Assembly (NCBI GenBank): GCA_030390025.1
Contig: CM059432.1
Coordinates: 71,612,001-71,676,000, forward strand
Direction of reading: 5' to 3'
DNA length: 64,000 nt
From: Squalus acanthias
Taxonomy: Eukaryota
In this document: positions 10,240-21,431 of the stretch, piece after piece
How the letters are laid out: each line of letters begins with the position of its first letter
How positions within the stretch are numbered: the stretch's first letter is position 1
Notes under the pieces: generated by a model
Told to the model about the DNA's origin: nothing
The model's database searches: none
What the model saw: only the letters and a program-made list of their open reading frames with translations
Position numbers and translations under genes: made by a program

Positions 10240-12417
10240 GTCCTGGTGGAAAATGGCGACCTGCTTCTCTCGCGCCCTTCTCTGGCGCGGGACTCAGCGG
10301 CCACCATTTTGGTGAGGGCCTTAGCACTACCGATAGCAGCGCTGGCCCTGGTCATGCAACGCCAACTTAACGTCACCTCAGCGAACTTCAACCTTAGCGC
10401 TGAGTTCAGCGCTGGGTCCTAAGCTCACTATGAAAACCCAGCATTCAGCAAAATGACAGAGATGCTGTCAGTACCTTTTAAAGGGACACACACATCTTTC
10501 AGATAAGTATATACCTGTATTTAAGCTTTTGGACTGGATTTTTTAAAATGTTATTGAAGTAGTGGCTTTATTTCAATACATGTTAACAGTTTTTAAAGTG
10601 TGCAGGGAGTGCTGCTGGATGCTTGCAAGGCCTCGGATGGTAAGGGAAGGCCACTGAGAAGACAGAAAATGCTGCAAGTATTCAACAGGTCAGGCAACAT
10701 CTTAGGAGAGAGAAACAGAGTTCATGTCTCATGTTGAGATGCTGCCTGACCTGTGGAGTATTTCTAGCATTTTCTGCTTTTATTTCAGATTTCCAGTATC
10801 CACTCGCAGAGGGAAGAGGAAGACGCAGAAGAGGAAGACACAGAGGAGGAGCAGAAGAGGAGGAAGCAGAAAGAAGGAGGCAACCCAGACAGCACCTTTC
10901 GGACCAGGATATCCAGGATGAAATCATCCGTCTGCAGTACCAGTGACCACAACCCCAATTCCCCTTTCAACATTTGTCCCACACCTTACCTTCCCTCTGT
11001 TACTGACCATCACAGTGTCCTCTTGGCCACAATGCTGAAATAAAAGCCACCACAAAGCAAACTTTCCAATCCAACTTTATACAACTATCCATCCAATATG
11101 ACATCAAGAAATCAACTCATCACCCTTATGCATTCTCTTAGTGATTGTCTTGTGTGTGCCTTTGCCTATCCTACTGATGTCACGCTGTGCTACCCCAGTG
11201 GCTGCAGCATGGCTGGTGGAAGGCTGCTGACTTTCAGTGGGGGACACTGCAGATGGCCTTGCTGGTTGACCTTGAGAAATCGAGTGATGGTGTTTTTCCT
11301 TCTTTTTCTTTTTCTTCTTTCCTCTCCCTCTACTTGGCCAACCATTGGCTGGGCAGGCTGCATTTCTTGGGTGTGTGAAATGAGGAAGGCAAAAGGGTGC
11401 AGTTGTGGTGAGGGGAGGGCGGAAAAGCAAGAGGTGCCTGCACGAAGAATGATAACGTATGAGGATACCAGCATCTTGTATCTTTTCAGCCCCGTCACTG
11501 GCCAAGGGCTCAGCCATGCCCCTGCCAAGAATGGCCGGTACTGTCTCCTCCAAGGGGTCAGATGAAGCTAGGAATGTGAGGTGTGCCTCATGTTTGGTAC
11601 AGATTGTTGGTAGGTAAGTGGTTGATGGGGCAGGGTGGGGGAGAGGTGGGAGTCGTGCATTGAGAAGTGTGTGAGGCTAGTGGTGCAGTTGGTAGGAGAT
11701 GGCTTTTGAAGATGCATTCACTGACCTTGACCACTGGTTTGAGGTCATGGAGCTTCTTTGGGCTCTGGAGCCAAGTCGTGGGGGCGACACTGCTGGCAGT
11801 GATGGCCTCGGTGATGTGGTTCCACATCGTTGTTTCTGGAGGGCCTCCTGGCCCCTGTGGGTAGAGGACCTCTCTTGCTGTGTTGGCCCCTGCACAAAGC
11901 TGGAGTGCTGCGAATGAGACCCTGGATGCCCGTTCCCTGGCTTGATGAGCCATTTGTGTTAGTGCTGAAGCACTTTCCTCATTTTTTTGGGTGCAGAAGG
12001 GAATTCAGCTTTAAGAACTGAAGACTCCCATTTGGGAATTCTTCCTAATGTTCATTTTTTTTCAGAAGGCAGTTGAGCTGTAAGGGCTAAAAACTGCATA
12101 TTTTTACATCATTTTAATTTTTTTCATTTCATAAGGCATTGCCCCTTGAAGAGACTGACACTGCTTTCTGAAATGACAGCCTCGCTTTCAGAGAGGCTGT
12201 TCTAGTTGCAATGACACTTTGGCCTCGCTACACCGGGGCCTCCCGCCGGGATGAATGCCACCAGGACAGCATTGCACAGTGAGTTAAGTGCTGGGCTAAT
12301 GTTAATTAGTCCCCAGCGCCAATTTTTCAGTCCTGCCAACGCCACCATTTACGACGGCTGTTAACCCCCGGCCGCAGTGGCACCAGCAGCTTTTGTGGCG
12401 GTCACGAATTTCTAGGC
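10240..12417. mobile_element. Internally deleted PIF/Harbinger element with a Myb/SANT-like gene remnant on - (~11953-11100)
   Basis: MAHQARERASRVSFAAL..WLQSPKKLHDL..VVK then gtcagt donor, homologous to 36548-36800; right end cgaatttctaggc followed by TAA; left end uncertain. Confidence 0.7.
10660..10802. mobile_element. Penelope-type terminal sequence as an inverted pair
   Basis: cagaaaatgctg..caggtcaggcaacatct and agatgctgcctgacctg..gcattttctg are reverse complements; + half matches 58445-58510. Confidence 0.65.
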
Positions 12418-12424
12418 TAAGGTG

Positions 12425-12793
12425 TCTTCACTGGCCTGCCCCAGTCTCTCAACACCTCAAATTTTAACTTTTCATCCTTGTGTTTAAATCCCTCGACTGC
12501 CTTGCCCCTTCCTAGCTCTGTAACCTCCTCCAGTGGTACAAATCACACCCCCACCTCACCGAACTGATTGTTCCCCCTATGCAACCCCTCCTTTCTTAGG
12601 CCTACTACTGCCATTCAGGTCCCATGCTCTTAAATTCCCCCCAAACCTCTCTGCCGCATTAAAGCTTACCTCTTTGACCAATCATTTAGGGATTTTCTCC
12701 TTTGGTTTAGATGTAGTTTTCCTTACACCTCCATGAAGTGCCCAAGAACATTTTTCAACATTAAAGGCACTACATAACTACAAGTTGTTGTTG
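12425..12793 (+). mobile_element. Degenerate L2 LINE 3' end
   Basis: cactggc..tttaaatccctc..tctgtaacctcctccag; ends ttaaaggcactacataactacaagttgttgttg. Confidence 0.7.
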
Positions 12794-13440
12794 ATGGCAA
12801 CGACACCACCCAACCACCCCCTGCCCCCCCCCGCCCTGCCCCCACGCCTAATGCTCTCACACTCCGGAATTACTAACCCTGTGGTGTCACACCCCAAGTC
12901 CATGCCCAGCCATCGCCCCTCCCCAACCCCCCACAAATACCACACTCCAAATTCTACCACTTTTGCTATAGTCGGACAGTCCTCTCTTGCTCCTAGCAGA
13001 TTTTGGTACTCCCTTCGCAATGTTCCAAAATACTACGGCTTTCCCTCCCAGAACTTTTGCATTCTATTATCCCCATCAGTTCTCCCAGACTGAAATACCC
13101 CCGCAATGCTCACAAACCCCACAACCACCCTCCCTACACTCCCACCAATATCCCACAAACTAGCTCCTATGTACAACCTGGAACAACTTCCCTAACATCT
13201 TCTTCTATATACTGGTCTGTAAAGAAAAAGATGAGAAAAATCTACTGACATAGTTAAATAATGTTTTAATAGTAATCGAAAGTGCTGATTACAATTTCCA
13301 CTCAACCAGAATTCAAGCCTAATTATATCACTAACAGTCCTACAGTACTCTGTAATAAAACTACAATGTAATTAACTCAATCACTGCAAATCAGTGGACC
13401 TGGTAATATATTGCATGCTACACTTACATAATCCTATCAT

Positions 13441-13955
13441 AACAACTTGCAGTTATATAGCACCTTTAATATCGTAAAACATCCACGAGTACTTCACAGG
13501 AGTGTAATCAGACAAATATTGACACTGATCCGAAGAAGTAGGCATCAGGACAGGTGGCCAAAAGATAGGTCTGAGGCTGGTTTTAAGGAGCATCTTAAAG
13601 GAGGAGAGAGAGGTGGAGAGACAAAGAAGATTAGGGAGAGAATTCCAGAGCTTAGGGCACAGACAGCTGAAGGCACAGCTGCCAATAGTGGGCCGAAGGA
13701 AGTCAGGGATGTACAAGAGGCCAGAATTAGAGGAGCACAGAGTTGTCAGACGATTGTAGGGCTGGAGGAGGTTACAGAGATAGGGAGGGGCGAGGCCATG
13801 GAGGGATTTGAACGAGAATTTTAATTTGAGGCTTTGGTGGACTGGGAGCCAATGTAGGAGAGCGAGCACAGGGGTGATGGGTGAACAGGACTTGGTGCAA
13901 GTTACAATATGGTCAGCAGGGTTTTGGATGAGCTCAAGTTTATGGACGGTGGAAG
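13441..13955 (-). mobile_element. L2 LINE 3' fragment
   Basis: LHWLPV..SLHGLAPPYL..AFSCLCPKLWNSLP..FKMLLKT; (GTT)n-type tail at 13441. Confidence 0.85.
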
Positions 13956-14634
13956 AACTGACATGGTGCTTATTTCATTACTGAAGGAAAAGCATTGTTG
14001 TTTTCCCACGTTCACTATTCTTTTCCCTAGAGAGAATAAATTTTTCTTTGTTTTTTTACTTTGTCTCAAAAGCAGCAAAAGCCATCTGTTCTTATTTTTT
14101 CTAACAAAAAATCTGAAAGGGGATAAGATCAGCAATTTGATTTTCCATTCAAATAAGAAGAATCCTTTATTTAATTTTACCCATTGTTACAAGACATATA
14201 TGAGCAAAATATACAAAGGCTCAGGATGCTCTACAATGGCAGATCTTTTGATTGGATGTGAAGTCTTTTCATATCATAATTGCTCCACAATCATCATTTA
14301 GTTAATAATTTTCATGCTGAGTAGAATAAAGCCAAAGGCAGCTTTTCAAATAGAACAACCTGAGTATAAACACGTATTTGATTCCATAATGCTTATGTGT
14401 CCCAGTTGTAGATGTTGGCGGCATATTAAAAACAAAGCTCAGGACCAATTTTTGTCTTCCTCCTCACAATTATAGTGCTTCAAAAATTAGAGCAATGCAA
14501 TTTTCTGAAATACAAATTTGTTCTCATCCAGAGCATGAGTTAAAATACCAAACATTAGTGACAGAAGGAAATCTATATTTTGACCTTAAGGATGTTGATT
14601 ATAAAATATTTCATATATATTGATGCAAGGTAAC

Positions 14635-14870
14635 ATTAACTTGCACTATATAGTACCTTTTAATGTAGTGAAACATCCCAAAATGGTTCACCTGAAGGGA
14701 ATCAGATACTGAGCAGGAACTGAGCGAAGAGTTAGGGCAATTGATTGAAGCTATGAATCAAGCAAGTAGGTTTTGAGGAGGTGTTTGAAGTTAGGAAAAG
14801 CTGTAACAAAGCGGAAGGATTTAGAAAGAGAATTCTAGAGTACAAAGGGCGAGACGGCTGAATGCTATGG
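14635..14870 (-). mobile_element. Old L2 3' fragment
   Basis: aacttgcactatatagtacctttt..aaacatcccaaa matches the L2 tails at 13441, 16800 and 33290. Confidence 0.55.
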
Positions 14871-14875
14871 TACTG

Positions 14876-16790
14876 ATAGAATCACAGAATAGTACAGCAC
14901 AGAAGGAAGCCATTCGGCCCATCAAGTCTGCGCCGGCTCTTTCGAAGAGCAATCCAGTAAGTCCCACTCCCCCACTCTTTCCCCATATTCCTGCAATTCT
15001 TTCTCCTTCAAGTATTTATCCAATTCCCTTTTGAAGGCTACTATTGAATCTGTATCCACCACCCTATCAGGCAGTGCATTTAAATCCTAACCACTCGTTG
15101 CGTAAAAAAGTTTATCCTCATGTCACCTCTGGTTCTTTTGCCAATCACCTTAAATCTGTGCCCTCATTATCGACCCTTCAGCTATTGGAAACAGCTTCTC
15201 TTTATTTACTCTGTCTAAACCCTTTATGATTTTAAACGCCTCTATCAAATCTTCTCTTAGCCTTCTCTGCTCCAAGGAGAACAACCCCAGCTTCTCGAGT
15301 CTATCCACGTAACTGTCATCCCTCATCCTGGAACCATTCCAGTAAATCTCTTCTGTACCCTCTCCAAAGCCTTAAAAGTGTGGTGCCCAGAATTGGACAC
15401 AATACTCCAGCTAGTGACCGAACTAGTGTTTTATATAGGTTTAGCATAACTTCCTGGCTTTTGTACTCTATGGGGGAAAAATTCAGTTGGTTGCGCCTCC
15501 CGTTAGTGCCTTAAGAGGGTGCTAATGGGGCGCAAAGCAACTAGCGCCCGGGCGCGGCGATGTTTGCGCCACTCGCGAAATTAACTAGACATTTTGCAGC
15601 GGCGCTAAACACTACCGCCACGATCTCCTGCACCAACAGATTGTGACGTCAGTCGAGTGCGCAACGCCCCGGTAGCGCCCTGGAGTGGATATTGAGTGGC
15701 GCCCCCTGCCTTACCGCCTGCCGCTAGCAAGGACAGGTTGAGGGGAGCGTTTTGCAGTCCGGAAGGGACTGGGGGAGCGCTATTTAAAGGCGACCGCTTC
15801 CTGCCTTTTTTTGTTGGTGACATTTTTGAACCACGCATTCTGAGAGAGAGAGAGAGAGAGAGAGAGATTTCTGGAGAGATTCAACGCTGTGTGAAGGAGT
15901 TTTGGGTACTGAGCAGCACTCTGCAGGTTCATTTTGATTTGCCCTTCCTTGTATCGATTTAGAAGAGACTGTGCGGGCTGCACTCTGAGCTCTTTCCCTG
16001 GTTCTCTCCATTGTTCTTTCCAGCAGATTTGATGTGCAGGTCTCTCCAGGCCGAGATTCAAGGCTGCAATGAGCAGGATGTGGATGGAAAGCAAGATCAA
16101 CCCTCCCCTTTAAGAACTGGCCGGCACCATTGTGTCTGTGTTCCATTGCTGACTGACATCACATGAGCTTCGCCAGCGCTCTGAGGTAGCTCCTCGCTTC
16201 TCGGCCTTTGCGCCTTAAGACAGGTGTGAAGCACCTGATTTAGCGCTGCAATCACCTCCAGGGGCGATAAAAGTCAAGTTTGCAGTCAGAGGCGATAATT
16301 AGCGCCAGGCGCTAATCTTTGTGCCCGGCCGATAATTGCGCCCCAAATGGGGCAATACTGAATTTCTCCCCCCATGTGCTTTATTAACTGCTTTGTTAAC
16401 CTGTCCTACCACCTTCAAAGACTTGTGCACAAACACCCCCAGGTCTCTCTGATCTTGCAACCCCTTTAATATTGTACCATTTAGTATATATGGTCTCTTA
16501 ATTTTTCCTACCAGAATGTATCACCTCACAGTTCTCTGAATTGAATTTCATCTGCCATGTGTCTGCCCATTTCGCCAGCCTGTCTATGTCTTCTTGAAGT
16601 CTATTACTATCTTCCTCACTGTTTACTGCACTTCCAAGTTTCATGTCATCTACAAATTTCAAAATTATGGCCTGTACCCCAAAGTCCAAGTCATTAATGT
16701 ATCTTAAAAACAGCAGTGGCCCTAGTACTGAACCTTGGAGAACGTCACTGTATACATCTCTCCAGGCCGAAAAACAGCCATTCACCACCA
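14876..16790 (-). mobile_element. CR1 LINE RT and 3' end, interrupted by MITE A copy 2
   Basis: [19 protein letters not shown] in ORF 16498-16794; CR1 3' UTR and attctgtgattctat tail at ~14876-14930. Confidence 0.85.
15472..16372 (-). mobile_element. PIF/Harbinger-type MITE family A, copy 2 (901 bp)
   Basis: Reverse complement of 2687-3587; TIRs GGGGGAAAAATTCAGT / ACTGAATTTCTCCCCC; TSD TAT/CAT. Confidence 0.92.
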
Positions 16791-17244
16791 CCACAACAAC
16801 AACAACAACTTGTATTTATATAGCACCTTTATGTAGTAAAAGTCCCAAGGTGCTTCACAGGAGTATTGGAAGACAAAAAATATGACACCGAGCCACATAA
16901 GGAGAAATTAGGGCAGATGACCAAAAGCTTGGTCAAAGAGGTAGGTTTTAAGGAGCGCCTTAAAGGAGGAAAGAGAGGTAGCGAGGGGAACAGGTTTAGG
17001 CAGGGAATTGCAGAGCTTGGGGCCTAGGCAACAGAAGGCAAGGCCACCAATGGTTGAGCGATTATAATCAGGGATGCTCAAGAGAGCAGAATTAGAGGAG
17101 CGCAGATATCTCGGGGGGGGGGGGGGGTGGGTTGTGGGGCTGAAGGAGATTACAGAGAGAGGGAGGGGCGAGGCCATGGAGGGATTTGAAAACAAGGATA
17201 AGAAATTTGAAGTCGAGGCGTTGCTTAACCGGGAGCCAATGTAG
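16791..17244 (-). mobile_element. L2 LINE 3' fragment
   Basis: AFCCLGPKLCNSLP..FKALLKTYLFDQAF; (GTT)n tail; near-identical to 33280-33724. Confidence 0.9.
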
Positions 17245-18934
17245 GGGCAGTTAAATTCTCCCATTATCATTACTCTATATTCTTGCACCTCTCAGTAATT
17301 TCTTTGCAAATCTGCTCATCTACATAGGATTACATAGGATATACGGCACAGAAACAGGCCATTCGGCCCAACCAGTCCATGCTGGCATTTATGCTCCACT
17401 CAAGCCTCCTTCCACCTTTCCTCATTTAAATCTATCAGCGTAACCCTCTATTTCCTTCTCCCTCATATGCTTGTCTAGCCTCCTCTTAAATGCATCTATA
17501 CTATTCGCTTCAACCACTCCCTGTGGTAGCAAGTTCCACATTCTCACCACTCTCTGGGTAAAGAAGTTTCTTCTGAATTCCCTATTAGATTTCTTGGTGA
17601 CTATCTTATATTGATGGCCTCTAGTTATGCTCTTCCCCACAAGTGGAAACACTCTCTCTGTATCCACTCTATCAAACCCTTTCATAATTTTAAAGATCTC
17701 TATTAGGTCACCCCTCAGCCTTTTTTCAAGAGAAAAGAGACTCAGACTGTTCATCCTTTCCTGATATGTATACCCTCAGATTTCTGGTATCATCCTTGTA
17801 AATCTTCTCTGCACCCTCTCCAGTGCCTCTATATCCTTTATATAATATGGCGACCAGAACTGTACGCGGTACTCTAAGTGGTCTAACCAAGGTTCGATAC
17901 AGGTTTAGCATAACTTCTCTACTTTTCAATTCTATCCCTCTAGAAATAAACCCTAGTGCTTGGTTTGCTTTTTTATGGCCTTGCGAACCTGTGTCGCAAC
18001 TTTTAGTAATTTGTGTATTTGTACTCCGAGATCCCTTTGTTCCTCTACCCCACCTAGACTCGTACCCTCCAAGTAATAAGTGACCTCCCTATTCTTCCTA
18101 TCAAAATGTAATACCTCACATTTATCTGTGTTGAACTTCATTTGCCAATTATATGCCCATCCTGCAAATTTATTAATGTCCTCCTGTAATTTGTTGCAGT
18201 CCTCCTCAGTATTGGCTATACCCCCAATTTGGTGTCATCCGCAAATTTAGAAATTGTGTTTTTGATTCCAAAGTCTAAATCGTTAATGTAAATTGTGAAC
18301 AACAGTGGTCCCAGCACTGATTCTTGTGGAACACCACTACCCACCTTCTGCTACTGTGAATAGCTACCCTTTACCCCATCTCTCTGCTTTCTGTCCTGAA
18401 GCCAGCTAACTATCCATTCAGCTACTTGTCCCCTGCCTCCGCATTCTCTGACCTTATTAGTCTATTATGGGGTACTTTATCGAAGGCCTTTTGAAAATCT
18501 AGATAAATTATATCTACTGCATTACCATTGTCTACTCTCTCTGTTACCTCTTCAAAAAATTCAATGAGGTTGGTCAAGCAAGACTTTCCCTTTTGAAATC
18601 CATGCTGACTATTCCTTATTATATTTTTGGTTTCTAGATGTTCTTCTATTTTCTCCTTTAGTAGGGATTCCATTATTTTTCTGACCACCGATGTTAAGCT
18701 GACTGGTCTATAATTCCCTGGACATGTTCTATCCCCCTTCTTGAATATAGGTATTATGTTAGCTATCCGCCAGTCTTCTGGCACTACACCTTTTTCTAAT
18801 GAATTATTAAATATGTGTAATAGTGCCTCTGCTATCTCTTCCCTAGTTTCTTATTAAAATGCGTGGATGCAATCCATACGGACCAGGGGTTTTATCCTCT
18901 TTAAGTTTGATTAGTTTATTTAATATATAATTAA

Positions 18935-20845
18935 ATAAATCTGGAATAAAAAGCTACTATCAGTAATGGTAACCATGAAACTATTGGATTGTCGTAAAAA
19001 CCCATCTGGTTCACTAATGTCCTTTAGGGAAGGAAATCTGCCGTCCTTACCTGGTCTGGCCTATATGTGACTGCAGACCCACAGCAATGTGGTTGACTCT
19101 TAACTGCCCTCTGAAATGGCCTAGCAAGTCACTCAGTTGTAACTAACCGCTACGAAACAAAATAATAAGAATGAAACCGGACAGACCACCCAGCATCGAC
19201 CTCGGCACCGGCTACGGACACGGCAACGGCACACCCAGCCCAGTCAACCCTGCAAAGTCCTCCTCACCAACATCTGGGGACTTGTGCCAAAATTGGGAGA
19301 GCTGTCGCATAGACTAGTCAAGCAACAGCCTGACATAGTCATACTCACAGAATCATACCTTTCAGCCAATGTCCCGAACACCTCCATCACCATCCCTGGG
19401 TATGTTCTGTCCCACCGGCAGGACAGACCCACCAGGGGTGGTGGCACAGTGGTATACAGTCGGGAAGGAGTGGCCCTGGGAGTCTTCAACATTGACTCCG
19501 GACCCCATGAAGTCTCATGGCTTCAGGTCAAGCATGGGCAAGGAAACCTCCTGCTGATTACCACCTACCGCCCTCCCTCAGCTGATGAATCAGTACTCCT
19601 CCATGTTGAACACCACTTGGATGAAGCACTGAGAGTAGCAAGGGCACAGAATGTACTCTGGGTGGGGGACTTCAAGGTCCATCAGCTAGAGTGGCTCGGT
19701 AGCACCACTACTGACCAAGCTGGCCGAGTCCTGAAGGATATAACTGCCAGTCTGGGCCTGCGACAGGTGGTGAGTGATCCAACACGAGGGAAAAACCTAC
19801 TTGACCTCGTCCTCACCAACCTACCTGTCGCAGATGTATCTGTCCATGACAGCATTGGCAGCAGTGACCACCGCACAGTCATTGTGGAGACGAAGTCCCG
19901 TCTTCACACTGAGAACATCCTCCATCATGTTGTGTGGCACTACCACCGTGCTAAATGGGATAGATTCAGAACAGGTCTAGCAGCTCAAACCTGGGTATCC
20001 ATGAGGCGCTATGGGCCATCAGCAGCAGCAGAATTGTATTCCACCACAATCTGTAACCTCAGGGCCCGGCATATCCCTCACTCTACCATTACCACCAAGC
20101 CAGGGGATCAACCCTGGTTCAACAACGAGTGTAGAAGAGCATGCCAGGAGCAGCACCAGGCATACCTGAAAATGAGGTGCCAACCTGGGAAAGCTGCAGT
20201 ACAGGACTACATGCATACTAAAAAGCGGAAGCAGCGTGCTATAGACAGGGCTAAGCGATCCCACAAGCAACGGATCAGATCAAAGCTCTGCAGTCCTGCC
20301 ACATCCAGTCGTGAATGGCGGTGGACCATTAAACAACTAACGGGAGGAGGAGGCTCCAAGAATATCCCCATCCTCAATGATGGTGGAGCCCAGCACGTGA
20401 GTGCAAAAGGCAAGGCTGAAGCATTTGCAACCAACTTCAGCCAGAAGTGCCAAGTGGATGATCCATATCGGCCTACTCCCGAGGTCCCCACCATCACAGA
20501 AGCCAGTCTTCAGCCAATTCGATTCACTCCACTTGATATCAAGAAACGGCTGAGCGCACTGGATACAGCAAAGGCTATGGGCCCCGACAACATCCCAGCT
20601 ACCGTGCTGAAAACTTGTGCTCTAGAACTAGCTGCGCCTCTAGACAAGCTGTTCAAGTACAGCTACAACACTGGCATCTATCCGACAATGTGGAAAACTG
20701 CACAGGTATGTCTTGTCCATAAAAAGCAGGACAAATCCAACCCGGCCAATTACCGCCCCACAGTCTACTCTCAATCATCAGCAAAATGATGGAAGGTGTC
20801 ATTGACAGTGCTATCAAGCAGCAATTACTCACCAATAACCTGCTC
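18935..20845 (+). mobile_element. 5' half of a second non-LTR (CR1/Jockey-group) LINE: SINE-like leader, APE endonuclease and start of RT
   Basis: Leader 18935-19155 shared with the short element at 53478; EN motifs in the downstream ORF. Confidence 0.85.
19284..20789 (+). CDS. LINE APE-type endonuclease, linker and RT N-terminus (501 aa, frameshifted after NYRP, 3'-truncated)
   Basis: PDIVILTES, TYRPP, WVGDF, LDLVLTN, SDH, GPDNIP, NYRP motifs. Confidence 0.85.
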   Translation: MPKLGELSHRLVKQQPDIVILTESYLSANVPNTSITIPGYVLSHRQDRPTRGGGTVVYSREGVALGVFNIDSGPHEVSWLQVKHGQGNLLLITTYRPPSADESVLLHVEHHLDEALRVARAQNVLWVGDFKVHQLEWLGSTTTDQAGRVLKDITASLGLRQVVSDPTRGKNLLDLVLTNLPVADVSVHDSIGSSDHRTVIVETKSRLHTENILHHVVWHYHRAKWDRFRTGLAAQTWVSMRRYGPSAAAELYSTTICNLRARHIPHSTITTKPGDQPWFNNECRRACQEQHQAYLKMRCQPGKAAVQDYMHTKKRKQRAIDRAKRSHKQRIRSKLCSPATSSREWRWTIKQLTGGGGSKNIPILNDGGAQHVSAKGKAEAFATNFSQKCQVDDPYRPTPEVPTITEASLQPIRFTPLDIKKRLSALDTAKAMGPDNIPATVLKTCALELAAPLDKLFKYSYNTGIYPTMWKTAQVCLVHKKQDKSNPANYRPTVYSQSSAK

Positions 20846-21425
20846 TTTATCGCCGCCGCTCTCGCTCTGGTCTCGAGCCTCGGGTCGCCACTCTCTTTAT
20901 CCCCACCGCTCTCGCTCTGGTCTCGAGCCTCGGGTCGCTGCTCTCTTTATCGCCGCAGCTCTCACTCTGGTCTCTGGTCTCGGGCTTGTGTCGCCGCTCT
21001 CTTTATCGCCGCCGCTCTCGCTCTGGTCTCGGGCTTGTGTCGCTGCTCTCTTTATCGCCGCTGCTCTCGCTCTGGTCTCGGGCTTGTGTTGCCGCTCTCT
21101 TTATCGCTGCCGCTCTCGCTCTGGTCTCGGGCTTGTGTCGCCGCTCTCTTTATCGCCGCCGCTCTCGCTCTGGTCTCGGGCCTCGGGTCGCCGCTCTCTT
21201 TATCCCCGCCGCTCTCGCTCTGGTCTCGGGCTTGTGTCGCCGCTCTCTTTATCCCCGCCGCTCTCGCTCTGGTCTCGGGCCTCGGGTCGCCGCTCTCTTT
21301 ATCGCTGCCACTCTCGCTCTGGTCTCGGGCTTGTGTCGCCGCTCTCTTTATCCCCACCGCTCTCGCTCTGGTCTCGGGCCTCGGGTCATCGCTCTCTTTA
21401 TTATCAACGCTCTCGCTGGTCCCAC
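20846..21425. repeat. CpG-rich tandem array, ~12 units of 49/50 bp
   Basis: tttat anchors at 20846, 20896, 20946, 21002, 21051, 21100, 21149, 21199, 21248, 21298, 21347, 21397; unit tttatcgccgccgctctcgctctggtctcggg(cttgtg/cctcggg)tcgccgctctc. Confidence 0.95.
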
Positions 21426-21431
21426 TCTTGC

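Larger units (their letters stand above)
17322..21431 (-). mobile_element. CR1 LINE: 3' UTR and RT at 17322-18915, putative 5' end at ~21431, middle replaced by another LINE
   Basis: ORF2 pieces NYRPVSLTS, DFQKAFDKV; (ATCCTATGTA)n tail; candidate TSD tctgctcatct 17311-17321 / tctgctcctct 21432-21442 (RT part is certain, 5' boundary is inferred). Confidence 0.7.

Noticed and set aside
20846..21425. CRISPR-like regular array
   Set aside because: Units are contiguous with no unique spacers, there are no cas genes, and the context is eukaryotic
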